DNA from: Methanobacteriota archaeon
GTDB taxonomy: Archaea; Thermoplasmatota; Poseidoniia; Poseidoniales; Poseidoniaceae
Direction: 5' to 3'
Length of the DNA stretch: 64,000 nucleotides
Assembly (NCBI GenBank): GCA_018650165.1
Contig: JABIGM010000035.1
Coordinates: 1 to 64,000 of the forward strand
Shown: piece by piece, positions 59,417 through 64,000 of the stretch
How positions within the stretch are numbered: the first letter of the stretch is position 1
Layout: each line of letters opens with the position of its first letter
Program-made: the position numbers and the translations under genes
Notes under the pieces: generated by a model
What the model was told of the DNA's origin: nothing
Database searches by the model: none
Seen by the model: the letters and a program-made list of their open reading frames with translations, nothing else

Positions 59417-60742
59417 GTGCCGCAATCTAGTCTGCGGAAAACCGCAGATCTTAATCTTCCATTAGAAGGAATGGGAGTTGATACTGTACTGGCAGATATC
59501 GATGAATATATGCGCTATAGTGTTCATACAAATAATCCTGGTTTCATGAATCCATTATGGGGCGGGATGAATGTTTCAGCTTTGGCGGGTGAAATTATTG
59601 CCAGCCTCACTAACAATTCAATGTACACCTATGAGTTATCGCCTATGGCGACACTAATCGAACAGGCCTTAATCAGAAGGATGTGTGAAATTGTAGGTTT
59701 TGGTGACGGCAATGGGACCCTCACTACAGGTGGTTCTAATGGCAACATGATTGGAATGATGTGTGCCCGATACCAGGTTGACCCCCTGGGTCAAAGACGT
59801 GGTTTCGATGGTCAAAATTTAGTATGCTATGTATCTGAAGAATCTCATTACTCTGTTTTGATGGCAGCAAATGTATTGGGAATTGGTTTTGATAATGTAA
59901 TCAAAGTACCTTGCGACCAAGATGGTCGAATGCGTACCGACAAATTGAGCGAAGAAATCGCTCGAACACGCAATGACGGCAAAACCCCATTCTGTGTTGT
60001 TGCAACTGCAGGAACTACCGTTCGAGGGGCATTCGACCCGATTAAAGAAATCGCAGGCGTTTGCTCTGACAACAATATTTGGTTCCACGTTGATGCCGCC
60101 TGGGGTGGTTCTTGCATGTTCAGTACAAAGTATCGTAACTTGATGGATGGTGTAGAACTTGCAGATTCACTGTGTTGGGATGCACACAAAATGATGGGTG
60201 TGCCTTTGGTATGTTCAGCATTCTTGATCAAGAGGCCAGAGATATTACGAAAAATTTGTTCGCATGGTGATGTGGCGCATTACTTGTTCCACGGCGAGAC
60301 CGAGGACATTGACTTAGGTCGAATTAGTTTGCAATGTGGCAGGCGAAATGATGCACTGAAATTATTTTTGGCATGGAGAGAAAAAGGTGATGCTGGTTGG
60401 GCACGATTGGTTGAATCGTATGTTGGTTTAGCTGACTTTTTGCAAGCGTTGGTAGAGGGTGAGGAAAAATTGGAAATGGTTTCTTCTCGTTCTTGGTCTA
60501 ATGTCTGTATCCGATACACTTCTGAAGGAATTGACCACGATGCAGTCAATACAGAACTTAGAGACCGCCTCATCCGTGCTGGCCGTTTTATGGTTTCTAG
60601 TTCTGTAGTCGATGAGAAAAAAATACTTCGGCCCGTCATTGCAAATCCTGCAGTTACCCGGGAAGGTATAACCCAATTTGTTGCTGAAATAATTCAGATT
60701 GGTGACGACATATTGCGCGGATTACCTGCGTCATCTAATTAG
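59417..60742 (+). CDS. Group II PLP-dependent decarboxylase (GAD/CSAD/ADC-like)
   Basis: TYELSP, GGSNGN, SHYS, VATAGTTVRGAFD, HVDAAWGG, WDAHKMMG, QCGRRNDALK; reading frame is open upstream to 59321. Confidence 0.92.
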   Translation: MPQSSLRKTADLNLPLEGMGVDTVLADIDEYMRYSVHTNNPGFMNPLWGGMNVSALAGEIIASLTNNSMYTYELSPMATLIEQALIRRMCEIVGFGDGNGTLTTGGSNGNMIGMMCARYQVDPLGQRRGFDGQNLVCYVSEESHYSVLMAANVLGIGFDNVIKVPCDQDGRMRTDKLSEEIARTRNDGKTPFCVVATAGTTVRGAFDPIKEIAGVCSDNNIWFHVDAAWGGSCMFSTKYRNLMDGVELADSLCWDAHKMMGVPLVCSAFLIKRPEILRKICSHGDVAHYLFHGETEDIDLGRISLQCGRRNDALKLFLAWREKGDAGWARLVESYVGLADFLQALVEGEEKLEMVSSRSWSNVCIRYTSEGIDHDAVNTELRDRLIRAGRFMVSSSVVDEKKILRPVIANPAVTREGITQFVAEIIQIGDDILRGLPASSN

Positions 60743-60810
60743 GCTGAATACTACATTCTGCAGCCCTAATCTATGAAAAGTAGTAAAAGTCTGGCCGTCT
60801 GCCTTTAATT

Positions 60811-61062
60811 GTGGATTTTGCTTACTACTCGATTTCAGTGATTTGTGCCTTTGCTCTCGTGAGATGGGCTACTGAGAATATTAAGTTTCATATTCGCAAC
60901 AATGTAATGTGGTTACACCATTGGATTATTGCTTTCATCACAATGGGCTTACTGCTGTGGCAAAAAATCGATTCACCTTGGATATGGGGTATATTGACAG
61001 GAATTGCTTTAGAAGGTCTTGGTAGAAAAAATTGGTCAATAATGCGCGATTCTAAAAAATAA
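60811..61062 (+). CDS. Small membrane protein
   Basis: 83 aa, HHW motif, three short hydrophobic segments, GTG start. Confidence 0.6.
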   Translation: MDFAYYSISVICAFALVRWATENIKFHIRNNVMWLHHWIIAFITMGLLLWQKIDSPWIWGILTGIALEGLGRKNWSIMRDSKK

Positions 61063-61114
61063 AAAACACACTTTTTACAGTGATGATTTAATGCTGAGTG
61101 CGCCACCAAGTCGC

Positions 61115-62224
61115 ATGAGTGATGCAAAGCCCGCCCGAACAGCTCTCTTTGATGAACATGTTTCGCTTGGTGCAAACATAGTCGATTTCCATGGTTTTGA
61201 ACTCCCCATTTGGTATTCAAATATCACAGAAGAGCACCTCGCATGCCGTTCAAACGCTGGACTATTCGATGTGTCACACATGGGCTCATTCCGTTTTACG
61301 GGAGCTAATGTGCTTGGGTGGCTAGAATCTATTGCTACGCAGAAATGTACTGCAATAGCCCCTGGGCGTTGTGCCTATACACATTTCTTGGACCATGATG
61401 GTTTCTTGATTGATGACATGATATTTGCAGTTGTTTCGGAAACAGAGGTTTTGGGTGTGCCAAATGCAAGTATGATACCGGTCATGTGGAAATGGTTCAC
61501 TGGACTATTGCCTAGTGACGGTTCAGTCACTTTGGAAGATCTATCTCCTGAAACTAGTATTATTGCTTTACAAGGACCAAATGCAAAATCAATTTGCGAA
61601 TCTGTACTGGGTGCTGACAATCACGTTGGCCGCTTCAAATGGTCGTTGATTGGAGAAAATGAGTTGGGTATTAGTGGATGGATTCAAGGAACCGGATATA
61701 CCGGCGAATCCGGTTATGAGATATTTGTTCCCAATGGCGATGCCGCTTCACTTTGGCGTGCGTTAATCGCGGCTGGCTCTACACCTGTTGGACTTGGTGC
61801 CAGAGATACGCTACGACTAGAGAAAGGTTATCTCTTATCGGGTGTCGATTTTGCATCACGGGATTTAGATGAAAATACAACATTGCACCGTGATTCGTGG
61901 GAAACTAATGTTCCATTTGGCCTTGACACCGAGCACGAGTTTATTGGTCGTATCCGAGTTATGTCACATGCTGAGTCCGATGCAAAGTGGTGGGGAGTGA
62001 AGCAATTAGAACGTGGTCCACTTCCTCGTGGTGGTAAAGAAGTAGAAGACTTGGATGGTAACTACATCGGTATTCTCACAAGTGGCGCTCCAGCTCCATC
62101 GCTCGATAGAGCAGGTATTGGAATGGGGTATATCGCAGGAGTAGAGCCCGGTTCTGAGGTGCTGATTGTTGCATCATCCCGCAAAAAAATACGTGCAATA
62201 ATTGTTCGTCCACCATTTGTATGA
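61115..62224 (+). CDS. gcvT: Glycine cleavage system aminomethyltransferase T
   Basis: RTALFDEH, FHGFELPIWY, GLFDVSHMG, ALQGP, TGYTGESGYE, GLGARDTLRLEKG. Confidence 0.95.
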   Translation: MSDAKPARTALFDEHVSLGANIVDFHGFELPIWYSNITEEHLACRSNAGLFDVSHMGSFRFTGANVLGWLESIATQKCTAIAPGRCAYTHFLDHDGFLIDDMIFAVVSETEVLGVPNASMIPVMWKWFTGLLPSDGSVTLEDLSPETSIIALQGPNAKSICESVLGADNHVGRFKWSLIGENELGISGWIQGTGYTGESGYEIFVPNGDAASLWRALIAAGSTPVGLGARDTLRLEKGYLLSGVDFASRDLDENTTLHRDSWETNVPFGLDTEHEFIGRIRVMSHAESDAKWWGVKQLERGPLPRGGKEVEDLDGNYIGILTSGAPAPSLDRAGIGMGYIAGVEPGSEVLIVASSRKKIRAIIVRPPFV

Positions 62225-62225
62225 T

Positions 62226-62244
62226 AACGCCCCATAGGGGCGTT
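62226..62244. terminator. GC-rich hairpin AACGCCCC-ATA-GGGGCGTT directly after the gcvT stop
   Basis: Perfect 8-bp inverted repeat; could be a terminator/processing hairpin or an operator. Confidence 0.45.
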
Positions 62245-62276
62245 GCTTTGATGAGGGATAAGATGTACGCAACATC

Positions 62277-64000
62277 ATGCGCCGTACACTTGCTACTGCA
62301 ATTCTGATTTCCGTCCTCCTATCCGTGGTTCCAGCCATGTCGCATACAGGTTCAGTTGTTGAAGTGTATGAGGAAATAATCATTGACGACAAAATTATTG
62401 ATGATTCACAACTGACATTAGCACAAATAGAAGCCTTAAACTCAGTGGGAATGGGTAGGTCCACAAATACAAACTGGTCTGCAGCAGGCGGTTCTCTTCA
62501 GGATGATGAAATCTATGAAATGATTTTTGATTCTCAAGGTGACCTAATTGTGTGTGGAACAATTTACCAAGCATCACAGTTCGGTTCAATACAGGTTGAA
62601 ACTGAAGGCGAAGGAGATATTCTCCTTGCTAAACTTACCAAAACAGGGAGTTGGGAATGGGCAGTTTCTGCTGGTACCGCACTGTATTACGACGAATGTC
62701 GAGGGGTAACAATTGATTCAAATGATAACGTCTATGGAACTGGTTATTTCCAAGGTTCAGTTAATTTTGGTAACACCACAGTTACGACTACAGGTTTCGA
62801 TGGATGGCTTGCAAGAGTAAACAGTACTGGAGAATTTGATTGGGCTATTAAATTCGGTGGATTTGATGTTGATGTGGGATGGGATCTAGCCGCAGATGCT
62901 AATGACAACCTCTACGTCACGGGCTACTACCAGAATTTCACAGAATTCGATGCGACACAATTGTTTGCTCAAGGACAATCTGACAACGCGAGATTCTTCG
63001 TAGCATATTACAACACCAGCTCTTCACAATGGGACTGGGCTAAGGATACATCCGGGAATGGAAATTCAATTCCATACCAGATTGTTGTAGAACCTTCAAC
63101 CAATGCAGCATATATCGCAGGATACAGCACAGGAACAGAGCAATGGGACAGCACATTTTCTTCTAGCCCACAATCTACATACGCAGGTTTTGTTGTAAAA
63201 TATTCAGACTCTGGCAACTTCATATGGGGACAAAACACTGGTGGTAACCAATGCTTCGGTGGTAATTGTGGAGTCTATTTCAATAATATTGTACTTCACC
63301 CAGATGGTGGGGTTGTAGTTGGAGGAAATTTCCTTCAAACATACAAAAAGCAAGGCGGCACAATCGTTAGTGGACAGGGCAGTTGGGATGTATTGCTCCT
63401 AAGGTATGCTGAGAATGGATCTCAAATCTGGGACTACCATGCCGGTGGCGCTGATGACGATCGCCTTCAAGCACTGTCAGTTAATCCCAAAGGGCAAGTC
63501 CAGTTTGGTGGACGGCACTTAGATGACATGAAGTTTGGAACCACCACTCTACTGAAGAATACTAGTTTCTACAAGTATGATGGTTTTATTGCTCAAGTGG
63601 ACAATGATTCAGATTTCCAATGGGGAATGAGCATTGGAGGTGCAGATAATGACACAGTAGGTGCATTACTTGCAATGAATGATGGCACTCTAATTGCAGG
63701 CGGGGATTTCAGTGGAACCGTTTGGTTTGGCGATACTCCTCGGACTGCTACTGACCAGGATGTATTCGTTTGGATGTTCCAGCATGACAAAGACGATGAT
63801 GGGGTCACCGATTATACAGATAATTGTTTGAATACAGCAAATTCCAATCAAAGTAATTTTGATGAAGATTTGAAGGGGGATGCTTGTGATACTGATGATG
63901 ACAACGATGGGTTACATGATGCCCTAGATGATTGTCAATACGGATTTTTAGATTGGAATCAATCTAACACCTCATTGGATTATGATGCCGATGGATGCAA
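62277..64000 (+). CDS. Large secreted beta-propeller (SBBP-like) protein with thrombospondin type-3-like Ca-binding repeats; runs off the window end
   Basis: Manual translation MRRTLATAILISVLLSVVPA (signal peptide); repeats such as WAVSAG...GVTIDSNDNVYGTGYF; in frame at 63780+ DKDDDGVTDYTDNC...DEDLKGDACDTDDDNDG. Absent from the ORF track because no stop lies in the window. Confidence 0.88.
   Translation, partial: MRRTLATAILISVLLSVVPAMSHTGSVVEVYEEIIIDDKIIDDSQLTLAQIEALNSVGMGRSTNTNWSAAGGSLQDDEIYEMIFDSQGDLIVCGTIYQASQFGSIQVETEGEGDILLAKLTKTGSWEWAVSAGTALYYDECRGVTIDSNDNVYGTGYFQGSVNFGNTTVTTTGFDGWLARVNSTGEFDWAIKFGGFDVDVGWDLAADANDNLYVTGYYQNFTEFDATQLFAQGQSDNARFFVAYYNTSSSQWDWAKDTSGNGNSIPYQIVVEPSTNAAYIAGYSTGTEQWDSTFSSSPQSTYAGFVVKYSDSGNFIWGQNTGGNQCFGGNCGVYFNNIVLHPDGGVVVGGNFLQTYKKQGGTIVSGQGSWDVLLLRYAENGSQIWDYHAGGADDDRLQALSVNPKGQVQFGGRHLDDMKFGTTTLLKNTSFYKYDGFIAQVDNDSDFQWGMSIGGADNDTVGALLAMNDGTLIAGGDFSGTVWFGDTPRTATDQDVFVWMFQHDKDDDGVTDYTDNCLNTANSNQSNFDEDLKGDACDTDDDNDGLHDALDDCQYGFLDWNQSNTSLDYDADGC

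Noticed and set aside
58830-59430. ORFs 58830..59057 and 59224..59430 in the AT-rich spacer
   Set aside because: Composition unlike neighbouring proteins, no RBS or motif; the second overlaps the decarboxylase frame

Overview
Gene-dense archaeal chromosomal segment, most consistent with Marine Group II Euryarchaeota (Ca. Poseidoniales, Thermoplasmatota). The assignment is an inference from the combination of archaeal-type genes (long PheS, archaeosine TGT with PUA domain, CTP-dependent RibK, NadM, DRG GTPase, DUF835, ThiR-like regulator), bacterial-type metabolic genes (SufCBDSE, TatC, GcvT, GrpE, FolD, Kbl) and very acidic secreted or membrane proteins. It holds about 60 CDSs and one tRNA-Thr(UGU). 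I saw no CRISPR array, rRNA, transposase or integrase. Most of the content is housekeeping. The main oddities are: a DnaA/Hda-like AAA+ protein lacking domain IV, translationally coupled to a DUF2226/PATAN-like plus DUF835 protein; an apparently circularly permuted glycerophosphodiester phosphodiesterase; an ~88-bp non-coding module repeated in register three times in the first 2.4 kb; a truncated pyruvate kinase coupled to an RsuA-type gene; an unannotated 38-aa two-zinc microprotein; a ThiR-like regulator paired with an SSS transporter; an SPFH/Zn-ribbon module; and an unusually long AT-rich divergent spacer. All family calls come from motif recognition by eye, with no database searches.
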